Shown in pieces: positions 10,074 through 20,411 of a stretch of DNA of 64,000 nt (positions within the stretch are counted from its first letter, which is position 1; every line of letters starts with the position of its first letter). Both the position numbers and the translations under genes were made by a program. Where the stretch lies: the NCBI GenBank assembly GCA_031411295.1, contig JANOAV010000174.1, positions 1-64,000 on the forward strand, in the 5' to 3' direction. The notes under the pieces are model-generated. The model was not told the DNA's origin. It saw only the letters and a list, made by a program, of their open reading frames with translations, and did not search any database. This stretch comes from Verrucomicrobiales bacterium (GTDB taxonomy: Bacteria; Verrucomicrobiota; Verrucomicrobiia; Verrucomicrobiales; V1-33).

Positions 10074-11696
10074 TTAGGCTGGCGCCTGCAACGGCTTGCC
10101 ACGGGACGGAAAACAGAGCGCCACTCCTGCGGTCACGACCGTGCCAAAGAGGATGCGCCAGGGGAACTCGATTTCCGGCACCCAGTGCGGATGCTCCACG
10201 GTGATCCCGAAAATGTGCGCAATCCCTTTATCCAAGCCGCTCAGATAAGCCACGACTACAAAACCGGCAATCATCGCGATGACATTACCCGCGTCATTTC
10301 CACGATGCTCGGTGAACAGGCCAACGAGGAAGATCCCCAGCAGAGAACCATACGTATAGCCGAAGACCCCCAGAATGATTGGGATGATCCGCAGTTCAGG
10401 ATGGTTCAAGCTGACATAAGATGTGCCCAGCGCGACCGCAATGAGCAGCACGGCAAAGAGGGCGGTGCCGAACCGCATCACGCGGACCTTGCCAGCGTCC
10501 TTCTTGGGTTCCCCAAAGATGGGGAAATGGAAGTCTCGCACATAGCTGGTAGCCAGAGAATTCAGAGCGGTGCTCAGGGAACCCATGGTCGTGGCCAGGA
10601 CGCCCGCCACCACCAGGCCGCGCAGACCAGCGGGCATGACCGTCAGCACGAAGTAAGGGAAAACTTTGCCCGCCTGCACCTTGCCGTTGAGGGTGGGGAG
10701 GTTGGGGTCAGGGTTTTGCGCGTAGTAAACGCTAAGGAGGATCCCGATGGTTAGGACCACGAGCACGATGGGGATGTCCGCCAGACCGGACAGAATCGTA
10801 GCGATGGCGCTTTGCTTGGGGTTCTTGGCGGTCAGCATTCGCTGCACCATGTCTTGATCCGTTCCATGAGTCGCCAGCGTCACAAAGGTCGAGCCCAGAA
10901 ATGCGGCCCAGAGGGTGTATTCTTGTTCCAGCACCGATTTCACATTTCCCCAGAAACCAAGCCCGTCCTTTAGTCCCAGGTCCCAGACCTGGAGATCGTG
11001 CGCTCCGGTGAGGGAGGCCTTCGCTCCGTCCCAGCCCCCGGGAATGTGGCCCAACAAGTGATAGAGGGAGAATCCAAGCGCAGCAAAGAGCACCAAAATC
11101 TGAATCACATCCGTCCAAATCACGGCTTTAATACCTCCAAGAGCAGTATAAATCGTGGTCGCCAAGGTGACCAGAATCAGAGCCCCCCCAGTAAGCATAA
11201 ACTCATTTCCCGCGGTTAGTTCCTGCTGGGGATTCGCCAGATGCCAGATGAGCACCAACAAAACCGTAGGCACCCACAGGCGAGCCCCACTGGCCAGGAG
11301 GCGCGTCACCAGAAAGACCGCGGAGGCCCATTTGCGGGTGGTGACTCCGAAGCGCGTTTCGAGGAACTCGTAAATACTGACGACGTTGTGTTTATAAAAC
11401 GCCGGGACGAAAAAGGCGCTCACGATGACCCTTGCCAGCAAATACCCGACGATCAGTTGGATATACGTGTAATTCTTCAGCGCAAACCCTTCCCCGGGTG
11501 CGCCAAAGAAGGTTCCGGCACTGATCTCCGCTGCCAGAATGGAGGCCAACACCGCCCACCAGGGAATGTTGCGATTCCCCAGCGCGAAGTCCTCCATGCT
11601 GTCGTTCTTCCGCCCCATGAAGAGGCCGATCCCCATGATGATGGCAAAGTAACCAAGCAGAACTACAATGTCGATCCAGACTCTGTTATCGAACAT
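10074..11696 (-). CDS. sodium:solute symporter family transporter
   Basis: Many TM helices; SIYEFLETRF, GGIKAVIWTD, DQDMVQRML, MGSLSTALNSLAT. Confidence 0.92.
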   Translation of the reverse strand: MFDNRVWIDIVVLLGYFAIIMGIGLFMGRKNDSMEDFALGNRNIPWWAVLASILAAEISAGTFFGAPGEGFALKNYTYIQLIVGYLLARVIVSAFFVPAFYKHNVVSIYEFLETRFGVTTRKWASAVFLVTRLLASGARLWVPTVLLVLIWHLANPQQELTAGNEFMLTGGALILVTLATTIYTALGGIKAVIWTDVIQILVLFAALGFSLYHLLGHIPGGWDGAKASLTGAHDLQVWDLGLKDGLGFWGNVKSVLEQEYTLWAAFLGSTFVTLATHGTDQDMVQRMLTAKNPKQSAIATILSGLADIPIVLVVLTIGILLSVYYAQNPDPNLPTLNGKVQAGKVFPYFVLTVMPAGLRGLVVAGVLATTMGSLSTALNSLATSYVRDFHFPIFGEPKKDAGKVRVMRFGTALFAVLLIAVALGTSYVSLNHPELRIIPIILGVFGYTYGSLLGIFLVGLFTEHRGNDAGNVIAMIAGFVVVAYLSGLDKGIAHIFGITVEHPHWVPEIEFPWRILFGTVVTAGVALCFPSRGKPLQAPA

Positions 11697-11744
11697 GGCA
11701 GCGGGAGGCGGAGTTTAGCAGCATGGGGGCGTGGGAACGAACGA

Positions 11745-12281
11745 TTATCTGGGGATTTTCAGTGAGCGACCATCTTTCAGGAGGGTGCTCGACCCCATGC
11801 CGTTGGCACTCTGGATGGCTCCCACGGAAACGCCGTATCGTTTGGAGAGGGCATAAAGCGAGTCGCCCTGTTTGACCGTTACGGTGGTGAATTTCGGGGC
11901 GGGTTTTGGCTTCGGTTTTGGTTTGGCTGCGACTTTCGGCTTGGAGGTTGGCTTCGAGGTCACCTTGGGTTTGCTGCTGCCGCCACCGCTGGAGGAAACC
12001 TTGGGTTTGGAGGCTGGCGGACGATCCGCATCCCGTGGATCTTCCGTATTCAAGAATGTGGAGGGGGGGTTGTTCTTGGTTAGATCGACCACGTTACTGC
12101 TGTCATTTCCCTTGGCCCACTCTTCATGGTAAACCCCGTTCTCATCGAAGGGATACTCACTGCGGGACATATTGTGAGAAGGGGTGGAAGCACCAGAGCC
12201 TCCCGTGCGGGTGGATTTACAATTGGCCAGCAGGAGCGGGGCCAGAAGAAGTAAGAGTTTGCTGGGTGAGACGTTCATCAT
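11745..12281 (-). CDS. LysM-domain lipoprotein
   Basis: Lipobox-like LLANC; Pro/Lys linker; C-terminal TVKQGDSLYALSKRYGVSVGAIQSAN...LKIP. Confidence 0.88.
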   Translation of the reverse strand: MMNVSPSKLLLLLAPLLLANCKSTRTGGSGASTPSHNMSRSEYPFDENGVYHEEWAKGNDSSNVVDLTKNNPPSTFLNTEDPRDADRPPASKPKVSSSGGGSSKPKVTSKPTSKPKVAAKPKPKPKPAPKFTTVTVKQGDSLYALSKRYGVSVGAIQSANGMGSSTLLKDGRSLKIPR

Positions 12282-12521
12282 AAGGGAATCATAGTAAGCT
12301 GTGGCGATTTGTCCAGTAGTTGGAAAATGAAATTAGTCCCCGTTCCCAGCGCTGACCAGCAGACTGAAGGGACGGGTGATGTCATTCTGCCCAGAACGTC
12401 ATCATTTCCCGAAAACTTTCATCGATTGCATGGTGTTTTGAAGAGGATGAGGAAATTGGCGGGTTAAGATCGCAGCCAGAACAGCCCCGCTCTCCGGTTG
12501 CGTCATTCGCCTTCTCCGACC

Positions 12522-15068
12522 ATGGATGCCGCACCCATGACCCAGAACGCCCTTCTTAATCGCCTGCCGACCGCCGCCGAGGCAAGCCCCAGCTTGCTCC
12601 TGGATCGTTTCCTGGAGTATGTGCAGGAACGCGGGCTGGAACTTTACCCCGCTCAGGAGGAGGCCATCCTGGAGCTGTTCGAAGGACATAATGTCATCCT
12701 CAATACGCCCACGGGCTCAGGGAAATCTCTGGTCGCCACCGCCCTTCATTTCAAGAGTCTGGCCCAGGGGAGGCGCAGCGTTTACACTTGTCCCATCAAG
12801 GCGTTGGTGAATGAGAAATTCCTTGCGTTGTGTCGGGATTTTGGGCCGGAAAATGTTGGCTTGGCCACGGGGGATGCCACGGTGAACCGGGATGCGCCCA
12901 TCTTGTGTTGCACGGCGGAAATTTTGGCAAACGTAGCGTTGGCCGAAGGCGCGGAGGCTCCATTTCGGGAAGTCATCATGGATGAATTCCACTACTACTC
13001 GGATGGCGAGCGGGGCGTGGCTTGGCAAGTGCCGCTGCTGACGATGACGAAGGCGCGCTTCCTGCTCATGTCCGCCACGCTAGGGGCGACCGGATTCTTT
13101 GAGGCTGCCCTGACAAAACTCACTGCTGCCCCCACCAGCGTTATCTCCAGCGTCTTGCGGCCCGTGCCGTTGGAGTTCCGTTACGTGGGGGACACGTCCT
13201 TGGAAACCGTCGTGCAGGAGTTGGTGGAAGCGCGCCAGGCTCCAGTGTATATCGTGCACTTCACGCAAAATGATGCTGCGCAGACGACGCAGGATTTGCT
13301 CAGCGTGAACTATTGCACCACCGCAGAAAAGGCTGCGATCAACGAAGCGCTCGTGGGGGTGAAGTTCACCAGTCCCTATGGCAAGGAAATGAAGCGCTAC
13401 CTGCGCCACGGAATCGGCCTGCATCATGCCGGATTGCTGCCGAAGTATCGCGTGTTAGTCGAGAAATTGGCCCAGCGGGGGCTGCTGAAGATTATCTGCG
13501 GCACCGACACGTTGGGCGTGGGGGTGAATGTCCCTATCCGCACGGTGCTGCTGACCCGCCTGTCAAAATTTAGCGGCAGCAAAACCGGCATCCTCAGCGC
13601 CCGGGATTTCCATCAGATCACCGGACGCGCTGGGCGCAAAGGATTCGACGACATCGGTTACGTCGTGGGCCTCGCCCCCGAGCATGTGATCGAAAACGCC
13701 AAGCTGGAAGCCAAAGCGGCGGGCGATCCGAAGAAGATGAAGAAGATCGTGAAACGCAAGCCGCCGGAAAAATTTGTCGGCTGGTCTGAGGAAACATTTA
13801 CCAAACTACAGGCCGCCCCGCCGGAGCCACTCGTAAGCCGTTTCCAAGTCACCCATGCCATGCTCCTGCAAGTGCTCAGCCGACCCAGCGACGGCTGTCG
13901 CGCCATGCAGCAGGTGATTCGCGATAGTCATGAAACGACCTCGCAGAAGAAAGCGCATCGCAAGCGGGCCTGGCAGTTGTTCCGTTCACTATTGGAGCGG
14001 AAGATCATCGAGATCCAGCCTCCCGCCAACAGTCCCAAGCTGCGGCTCAACGTCGATCTACAGGAAGATTTCTCTCTAAATCATGCGCTGTCGTTGTATT
14101 TGCTGGACACCCTGGCCTTGCTGGATCAGACACTGCCGAGTTATCCGCTGGATGTGCTGACCCTCATCGAAGCTATATTGGAGAATCCCGAACTGATCCT
14201 GCGTCGGCAGTTGGACGCGCTGAAAACAGAGAAGATGGCCGACTTGAAACAGCAGGGGATGGAGTTCGAGGAGCGCATAGCCGAACTGGAGAAGCTGGAA
14301 TATCCCAAGCCGAATCGCGATTTCATTTACAATACCTTCAACGAGTTCGCCACCGCCCATCCGTGGGTTGGGCAGGAAAACATCCGCCCCAAGAGCATTG
14401 CGCGGGAGATGGCAGAGGAGTTTATCGACTTCCCCGGCTACATCCATCGCTACAAACTCGAACGCACGGAAGGCCTGCTGCTGCGGCATCTGGCCAGCGC
14501 CTATAAAGTGCTGACGCAAACGGTGCCGCCGGCCTACAAGAACGCAGACGTGCAGGAGATCGAAGATTGGCTGACGGGCATGCTGCGGGGCATCGATAGC
14601 AGCCTGCTCGATGAATGGGAGAAAATGCGCGATCCCAACTACCAACCGACCGAGCCCGATCCCGCACCCACGCTGACCCCGGAGGAGATCGATATCACCA
14701 AGAACACGCGAGAGTTCACGGCCTTAGTCCGGGCGGAAATTTTCCAATTTCTCCGCGGCATCGCGAATCACAATTACCCCGCCGCCGCGCAACTCCTGCC
14801 ACCAATCACCGCTAGCGAATTGGAAGCGCATTTCGCTCCTTACTTCACCGAGCATTCCCGCATCACGCTTGATCCAGAGGCCCGCAACCGCCGCCACACG
14901 TATATTACTCCATCGGAAGACAATAATACTTGGCTGGTTCACCAAACCCTGGTTGATCCGGAAGCTAACAACGATTGGCAAGTAGGGGTCAACGTCAGCC
15001 TGGTGAATTCACGGCTCGAAAACAAAGTGGTCATGAGTTTTGGCGGCCTGAGTCGGATCGGCGTATAA
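12522..15068 (+). CDS. Ski2/HelY-like DEAD/DEAH-box helicase with DUF3516-type C-terminus
   Basis: [42 protein letters not shown]; start uncertain (12522 or 12537). Confidence 0.9.
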   Translation: MDAAPMTQNALLNRLPTAAEASPSLLLDRFLEYVQERGLELYPAQEEAILELFEGHNVILNTPTGSGKSLVATALHFKSLAQGRRSVYTCPIKALVNEKFLALCRDFGPENVGLATGDATVNRDAPILCCTAEILANVALAEGAEAPFREVIMDEFHYYSDGERGVAWQVPLLTMTKARFLLMSATLGATGFFEAALTKLTAAPTSVISSVLRPVPLEFRYVGDTSLETVVQELVEARQAPVYIVHFTQNDAAQTTQDLLSVNYCTTAEKAAINEALVGVKFTSPYGKEMKRYLRHGIGLHHAGLLPKYRVLVEKLAQRGLLKIICGTDTLGVGVNVPIRTVLLTRLSKFSGSKTGILSARDFHQITGRAGRKGFDDIGYVVGLAPEHVIENAKLEAKAAGDPKKMKKIVKRKPPEKFVGWSEETFTKLQAAPPEPLVSRFQVTHAMLLQVLSRPSDGCRAMQQVIRDSHETTSQKKAHRKRAWQLFRSLLERKIIEIQPPANSPKLRLNVDLQEDFSLNHALSLYLLDTLALLDQTLPSYPLDVLTLIEAILENPELILRRQLDALKTEKMADLKQQGMEFEERIAELEKLEYPKPNRDFIYNTFNEFATAHPWVGQENIRPKSIAREMAEEFIDFPGYIHRYKLERTEGLLLRHLASAYKVLTQTVPPAYKNADVQEIEDWLTGMLRGIDSSLLDEWEKMRDPNYQPTEPDPAPTLTPEEIDITKNTREFTALVRAEIFQFLRGIANHNYPAAAQLLPPITASELEAHFAPYFTEHSRITLDPEARNRRHTYITPSEDNNTWLVHQTLVDPEANNDWQVGVNVSLVNSRLENKVVMSFGGLSRIGV

Positions 15069-15083
15069 CATTAGTGGCTGCAC

Positions 15084-15134
15084 GTAGCAGGCGCGCCCTC
15101 GCGCCTGAAAGGTGGCCCGAGCGCCCACGCTCGG
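15084..15134 (+). repeat. two tandem REP-like hairpins
   Basis: GTAG-caggcgcg-ccct-cgcgcctg and GTGG-c-ccgagcg-ccca-cgctcgg between convergent genes. Confidence 0.65.
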
Positions 15135-15172
15135 AGCAAAGCACAAGCACTGGATGTGGGACCCCCAAGCGT

Positions 15173-15889
15173 CTATTGCGTTCCGTGTCGTGCGACATAC
15201 TTTTGCAACTCAGGATTCCTCACCCAGTAATCGTAGTCCCAAATGGGGGCTGCTTCGTGAGCGCAATCATGGACTTTTGGGGCGTTTTGGCCGACCCAAT
15301 TTTCGGCAGCGTGCCGCAGGCCTAGGAATGGATAGCGTTTGATTTCCGGGAGTTCCAGCCAAGCCTCGGCGGCTTGCAGATGGTCATCAATCTCCGGCAG
15401 GGTCACCAAGTAATCTCCGCGCGCCATCCAGAAATTTCCTGGGATATGGGCTCCGATATTGAAGTGGTTGCCCCAGCAGACGCCTGCCAGATCATGTAAC
15501 CCCAACTCCGGAAGCAGATTTGCCAGTTGTCCCAAGGTAAACGCATTGAGATACCAACGCCAATTGCAGGTCAGCCAATGGTTGAGTTTCGAGACGCCTT
15601 TGGTATGAAAATACAAAAACTGGTCCAGAGGCGATTCCTTTGCTGCTTTGTGAAGCATGCGCAGGGTGGGGAATTCGAACTGACTGGCATCAGGTCCGAA
15701 GTTTTCCACGGTGCCATTGAGTTCATGCCCTTCCAGCATGTGGTGGATGAATCCGTCGGCGTGCGGGTGGCCAATGAATCCGATGGTCAATTGCCCCATG
15801 AACCGCTGGCGTTGGAGGATGCGGAAATGCTCTAAGAGCACTTCCCGCCAATGGTTCTGTTCCCAGACGTGGTAGAAGGCGTGGAGCAT
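15173..15889 (-). CDS. hypothetical protein, probably glycosyltransferase-related (YFHTKG / GNFW motifs)
   Basis: Start MLHAFYHV at 15889; FEFPTL, LYFHTKG, HIPGNFWMARGDYL, RHAAENWVG. Confidence 0.65.
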   Translation of the reverse strand: MLHAFYHVWEQNHWREVLLEHFRILQRQRFMGQLTIGFIGHPHADGFIHHMLEGHELNGTVENFGPDASQFEFPTLRMLHKAAKESPLDQFLYFHTKGVSKLNHWLTCNWRWYLNAFTLGQLANLLPELGLHDLAGVCWGNHFNIGAHIPGNFWMARGDYLVTLPEIDDHLQAAEAWLELPEIKRYPFLGLRHAAENWVGQNAPKVHDCAHEAAPIWDYDYWVRNPELQKYVARHGTQ

Positions 15890-15897
15890 GGCGGAGG

Positions 15898-16992
15898 TTA
15901 TTTGCCCTTCGGCTTGATCTTGGTGGCAATTCCACGCACTTGAGCTTCCAGGCGGAGTTTTAGCGGGGCGTCCTGCAGCACGTTGACCCAACCGAGGGCT
16001 TCAGTTAGGTCTTTGGTTGCGAGATGCCGGGCGAGGCCGCAGACGCCTGCGTTGAAGCCTACCTCTGGGTGATTGGTCAGCCATTCCATGCAGGCATTGA
16101 GTTCTTTGCTGGCCCAGACTTCTGCTACCGCAATGGCGGTGGATGGCGGTTGATCATTTTCGCCCAGCGAGAATCCTGCCGCCCAAGTGAAGGCTTCGGC
16201 GTAATTCTTTTCTCCCCACTGCCACGCGGCTTCTTTTACTTTGCCGGGGTCCAGGTAGAGTTTCCCGGAGTGGGGCTTGAGCCAGGCACAGGTCACTTCT
16301 GGTTTCCCTTCGGCGGCAGCGCCAGCCATACGTTGGCGAATCACTTCCGCAAATAACCGACGCGGGGCTTCCGATTCTTTATTGAGTTTGGCGGACCAGG
16401 CCGCTACGAATTTGGCGGATGCCTCGAACCCATAATTCACCCCCAGCGCTTTCACCGCATCCATCCCCACCTTTTGCTGCACCCAGTCAGGCGCGGCCAG
16501 GAAAAACTTCGTCACCTCAGGTTCACCCGCTTGGGAAAGGCCCCAAGTCATCGCTCCCACCAATTGCTTTTTCAATTCTCCATCCGGTAACGCTTCCCAC
16601 CATTTTTGCGCCCCGGCAGGATCCTTGGCGGCAAATCCCACCATCCCCCGCCAGCATTTATCGAACTTCCCGGTCGGTTCCTCTTCCTTCTTCCACACGT
16701 CCAAGGCCTCCTTCCCCGCCACTTCCCCAATCCGCGTCAACGCCAGTGTCCGATGCTCGTCGAACGAGGCTCCGGTCTTGATGGTGTGATCCGTAAATGA
16801 CTGGAGGAAATCACGCCAGTTGGCTTTGGTAAGCCCGTTTAGCGCATCCATGGACTTCGTCCAACGTTGGATTTCATTGGGTTCTGCGAGAGGGGCGGCC
16901 TTTGATGGAGATGGCTTCACTACAGGATTTTCCGCGTAGCTCGTCGTGGCAAGCAATACCAGAAATAGGATATAATGTTTCGAGCATTTCAT
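15898..16992 (-). CDS. secreted helical-repeat hypothetical protein
   Basis: Start MKCSKHY at 16992, signal peptide; recurring W-A-x-x-D/E-x-x-x-A-x-x-W units. Confidence 0.75.
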   Translation of the reverse strand: MKCSKHYILFLVLLATTSYAENPVVKPSPSKAAPLAEPNEIQRWTKSMDALNGLTKANWRDFLQSFTDHTIKTGASFDEHRTLALTRIGEVAGKEALDVWKKEEEPTGKFDKCWRGMVGFAAKDPAGAQKWWEALPDGELKKQLVGAMTWGLSQAGEPEVTKFFLAAPDWVQQKVGMDAVKALGVNYGFEASAKFVAAWSAKLNKESEAPRRLFAEVIRQRMAGAAAEGKPEVTCAWLKPHSGKLYLDPGKVKEAAWQWGEKNYAEAFTWAAGFSLGENDQPPSTAIAVAEVWASKELNACMEWLTNHPEVGFNAGVCGLARHLATKDLTEALGWVNVLQDAPLKLRLEAQVRGIATKIKPKGK

Positions 16993-17012
16993 TAGGATAA
17001 ACAAGGAATTGA

Positions 17013-17126
17013 GGCTCCCGCCAGTTGATTTTTCATCTCCCCGGCCGCCAATGCTTCCCTCCATCCTTTGGCCGCAGCTGGATCTTGTGCCGGCCAGGCG
17101 ACAATCCCGCGCCAGCAGCGGATAAA
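17013..17126 (-). pseudogene. fragment of a paralog of 15898..16992
   Basis: FIRCWRGIVAWPAQDPAAAKGWREALAAGEMKNQLAGA aligns with FDKCWRGMVGFAAKDPAGAQKWWEALPDGELKKQLVGA. Confidence 0.7.
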
Positions 17127-17407
17127 TTGATTTTTGGTGGGCTTCTTCTGCCTTCCGCGAATCCTAAGATCTGAGGCAGATTCTCGAACATGGCAACAGG
17201 CAACGGCCTCTAAATCGGCCGGAAGCAAAAGGTATTGGCTGGTCGCGGATGGAAATACTAGCATATGTCATTAGATTTCTTTCTTTTATCGGTATGGCAC
17301 ATAATTTGCGCATGGTAGAGAGGCCCTTTGTTCGAATTCTACAGAAATAATTGGAAAGGCAGAAGCTGGTGCTTAGAAGAGAGTAAGTTACTATCCGAAT
17401 AGAACTA

Positions 17408-18127
17408 TTATTTACAATTAAAATTCTTTTTAATTATAAAGATAATCACACTGAGTCCGAGAATTACAATTGATGCAATTATCCATTTTAGCCAAAACCC
17501 TTGATCTAATGTTGTTACCAGTGAAGCATTTGCTGCAACTTCAGATCTGTGCGCCGTATTAACAACTTTAAAGTCACCAGATGGACGTTCTTTAATATCG
17601 AGTTTTTGTAGTTGAGCAGAGGCGCGAGAAGCACCTATCGTTTCTGCGAGAAGCGCTTTTATGGATGTGTTGGCCGTAGCAACTAAATCCCAAGCCCCAT
17701 CTTCATCGACACTCAACTCGAGTCCGGTGACCGCAGCCTCAGCATTCTGCAGGTCCGTGCTTTGAACTGAACTCCAAAAACAATCGACGTAATAATTTCC
17801 CATCGGCAATTTTACTGTGCCAAGATCAAAGCTCTTTGAAAGCGTGCCGTTCTTAGGCCAAATCCTATCGTCTCTAGGCGACATCGCCCGCGCTGTTGCA
17901 GTAGGAAAGAAAATAGGCGGACCATCTTTCGTTCTGAATATCAAACCAAATCCATAGCATAACCTAGAGACGCGGATCGATACATCCCTTTCCGCTGGAT
18001 TATCGATTGACAAAAATATACTCTTACTTCCATTTTCGGAGTATTCGATGTTCATGGTGCCAGGAGCTGACATAGAATTTTGCAATGTCAGCAACATAAA
18101 CGGCAAATAAACAAGTATGCGCATCAT
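17408..18127 (-). CDS. cassette-1 partner: signal peptide, beta-rich domain, C-terminal membrane anchor
   Basis: ATGA overlap with upstream gene; MMRILVYLPFMLLTL leader; WIIASIVILGLSVIIFIIKK tail; AT-rich. Confidence 0.75.
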   Translation of the reverse strand: MMRILVYLPFMLLTLQNSMSAPGTMNIEYSENGSKSIFLSIDNPAERDVSIRVSRLCYGFGLIFRTKDGPPIFFPTATARAMSPRDDRIWPKNGTLSKSFDLGTVKLPMGNYYVDCFWSSVQSTDLQNAEAAVTGLELSVDEDGAWDLVATANTSIKALLAETIGASRASAQLQKLDIKERPSGDFKVVNTAHRSEVAANASLVTTLDQGFWLKWIIASIVILGLSVIIFIIKKNFNCK

Positions 18128-19386
18128 TTGTTCGGCACCTTATAGAACTGAGTCGAACCATCGGCCTTCTTTGTAAATCGAGGATGGTCACTGCAGTCTG
18201 TGGACGTGAGGGTCGCTGCAGTCGTCGGATCCGCCGCACCCAGAATAGCAGCCCACTCTCCTTGTGGCTGATCCTCTGTGTTGCTCACCTTCGTAACTGC
18301 CGTAGAAAACTCCCAAGTAATTTTCTTTACTGGCACCCAACAAGCCAGGTCATGAGCTGAATTACTGGGAGAGTTTTTATACATTAGATATGTATTGAAA
18401 ACATCATGGTTTCTGTAGTAGTCTGGAAACTGGCCTAGTGCCACTACACCATTCAACTCGCTTAAAACCGCACCTGGACTGTCAAACCATCCGTCATACT
18501 GGGTTGGTCCAACGGGTTGAATACCGTCATACGGAAAGTCATAATCTAAAATAATGCCATCATCCGCCCAGTCGACTCCGGAAGGCGTAGTTGTAATGGC
18601 CTTGTAACGGCCCAATGCGACCGAATTAAACGTTGTTCCCCAATGCCAATGTAATTCGCGATCCCAATCCACAGTCTGACAAAGACAGAATTCGCCCCCC
18701 TTCAATTCGGTTGGTAAATCAGCGTCGCTAACGGTGGCGTGGAAAACTATCCCGTGTCCCGTCGTTCCACCTAGCAGAAGTGCCGCCTGCCCTTCAGTTG
18801 TGTCTGCACAGGAATTGGCAACCCCCCTATCAGCACTAAATGCAGCGGTGGGAGCCAAAACAATCAAACTCCCTTCCAATGAGTAACTGCCCCACTCTGC
18901 CTTTACGCTTTGGCCTGATGAAGCTGGATCAGCCCAATATACCGGAGCGAGCGGGTTTGCGGTCGGCAATGGCTTGCCGTCTTCTGTTGGCCGATACCCA
19001 TGCACAAAATTGGTTCCATCGGCGTGGGGGTTGTAATCGGTGAAATAATTACCTCCAAGAGTCCAAGTGATCGAGTCGGCTATTGTCGCACCTGTGCTGT
19101 TATCTATAACTTGAAATTCAACTTTTTTCCCAATAACGGTTTGCTGCTCCCCACCCAGGCCTGCATTGCCCAACGTCTCCCAAGTCCCGCTATTATTTTT
19201 CCATTGCAATGTAAATAATGCACTTGTTATACCATCAGCCTTTGCGCATTGCCATGGAATTAACTGAACCCCTAACACTGCCGCACTCGCAGACCCAGTC
19301 GTTCTGAGAAAGGTTCTGCGGGTCCAATTGTTGACCGCAGGCACGCGGTCTTGATTCCCTAACGTATTTTTGTAACTCTCTCTCAT
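18124..19386 (-). CDS. cassette-1 Tat-exported protein of unknown function (candidate effector)
   Basis: MRESYKNT...TRRTFLRTTGSASAAVLG...AKA leader; start chosen downstream of the promoter at 19420-19448. Confidence 0.75.
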   Translation of the reverse strand: MRESYKNTLGNQDRVPAVNNWTRRTFLRTTGSASAAVLGVQLIPWQCAKADGITSALFTLQWKNNSGTWETLGNAGLGGEQQTVIGKKVEFQVIDNSTGATIADSITWTLGGNYFTDYNPHADGTNFVHGYRPTEDGKPLPTANPLAPVYWADPASSGQSVKAEWGSYSLEGSLIVLAPTAAFSADRGVANSCADTTEGQAALLLGGTTGHGIVFHATVSDADLPTELKGGEFCLCQTVDWDRELHWHWGTTFNSVALGRYKAITTTPSGVDWADDGIILDYDFPYDGIQPVGPTQYDGWFDSPGAVLSELNGVVALGQFPDYYRNHDVFNTYLMYKNSPSNSAHDLACWVPVKKITWEFSTAVTKVSNTEDQPQGEWAAILGAADPTTAATLTSTDCSDHPRFTKKADGSTQFYKVPNK

Positions 19387-19645
19387 AGACTTATGGGTTA
19401 TTTTTAGGTTGCTTCCGCGACAGTATCCGTTAGAGAGGATTTCGTCAATCTTTTCCCTCATTTTCTTTTCCATGGCAAATTTAATCTACACACTGGCGTT
19501 GGAACAAGCAGGAGCACCGGGGCATCGGATGCTGGGCAAGCTGTTGGCCTCCAGTCTGTTACGCACCTTCTTTGATGGGGATGTGGTGGTGTTTCGGAAT
19601 AGTGCGGCGGCGTATTTTCAGGTAGAGCGGCGGGGCTTGGCGGAG
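19280..19645. repeat. direct repeat copy 1 (Tat leader + divergent promoter region + glycosyltransferase 5' end)
   Basis: Near-identical to 22001..22366 at offset 2721. Confidence 0.95.
19420..19448 (-). promoter_or_regulatory. sigma70-type promoter for cassette 1
   Basis: Minus strand TTGACG-17 nt-TACTGT with A-rich upstream tract. Confidence 0.6.
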
Positions 19646-19711
19646 TTAGAGCTACAGGGAGTTCATCATCACCGCGAACGATTGAAAAAATCCTCCACAC
19701 TAGCGGATTGA
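19472..19711 (+). pseudogene. truncated copy of the glycosyltransferase 5' end
   Basis: MANLIYTLALEQAGAPGHRMLG...RRGLAELELQG matches 22193 gene for about 63 codons, then runs into the antisense of 19669 gene. Confidence 0.85.
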
Positions 19712-20409
19712 TTAGAACTAGTTGGTTTGGAGTTAAGAACGGTGAAATCTCGGTAAAAATGGAAATAATAGTTTCCGCCTACGCTCACGGTAATATCAAT
19801 TGTTTGGTTTTCACCGTCGATCAGCTCATAACGTATCCCACGAGCCAGCAGTTTTTCTAGTGGTCCTGTGAATCCAAGTATGAACTCCTTAAGAACTCGT
19901 TTTTCCGGAATTTGGCGGGCGATATTATTTTTTAGTTCATTTAGAGCTGGACCAGCAGCTGTTAAATCTGCAAAAGCAACCATATTAGAAACGTTTTTTT
20001 CAGGGAGCACATTCAACGTATGTTTTCCAAGAAATTGCGTGGTCATCTCATTAATTGCGTTACATTGTTGGATTGCGCTTGATGTTTCCGCTACGGTTAA
20101 CCCTAATGTGTTGGTAAATCGTAGTAATGCTTGCTTTGGAATCAAATCAGCTCCCTCTAGCACCATACGAAAGTTCAATAGGCTGCTCGCAGCCGGTAAG
20201 TCCACAGCCGCGAGCGAGGCGCGCGAGACTGGGCTTTCTCTATTTAGCGAGGGCTTCTGAGATGGCTGCTTCTGTTTGTTTACCTGCAATTGACTTGCTT
20301 CTTGCGCCGACTTATCATCTGATAGTTCTCCTTTTCCCAAAAATAAATTTATAATGCTGATTATTAGCACTGCATGTAACAGCAGACTTACTTTGAGGAT
20401 GTGTTTCAT
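19669..20409 (-). CDS. cassette-2 partner B, N-terminal membrane anchor/signal
   Basis: 246 aa, 2-nt gap from upstream gene, hydrophobic N-terminus, AT-rich. Confidence 0.75.
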   Translation of the reverse strand: MKHILKVSLLLHAVLIISIINLFLGKGELSDDKSAQEASQLQVNKQKQPSQKPSLNRESPVSRASLAAVDLPAASSLLNFRMVLEGADLIPKQALLRFTNTLGLTVAETSSAIQQCNAINEMTTQFLGKHTLNVLPEKNVSNMVAFADLTAAGPALNELKNNIARQIPEKRVLKEFILGFTGPLEKLLARGIRYELIDGENQTIDITVSVGGNYYFHFYRDFTVLNSKPTSSNQSASVEDFFNRSR

Positions 20410-20411
20410 TG

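Noticed and set aside
17295..17310. sigma54-like TGGCAC-N5-TTGC motif on plus strand
   Set aside because: Good match, but no plus-strand gene follows; chance or relic cannot be distinguished
19387..19473. Longer MEKKM starts for the Tat genes (also 22108-22194)
   Set aside because: The extension spans the predicted promoter, overlaps the divergent ATG and would place RR unusually far from the N-terminus
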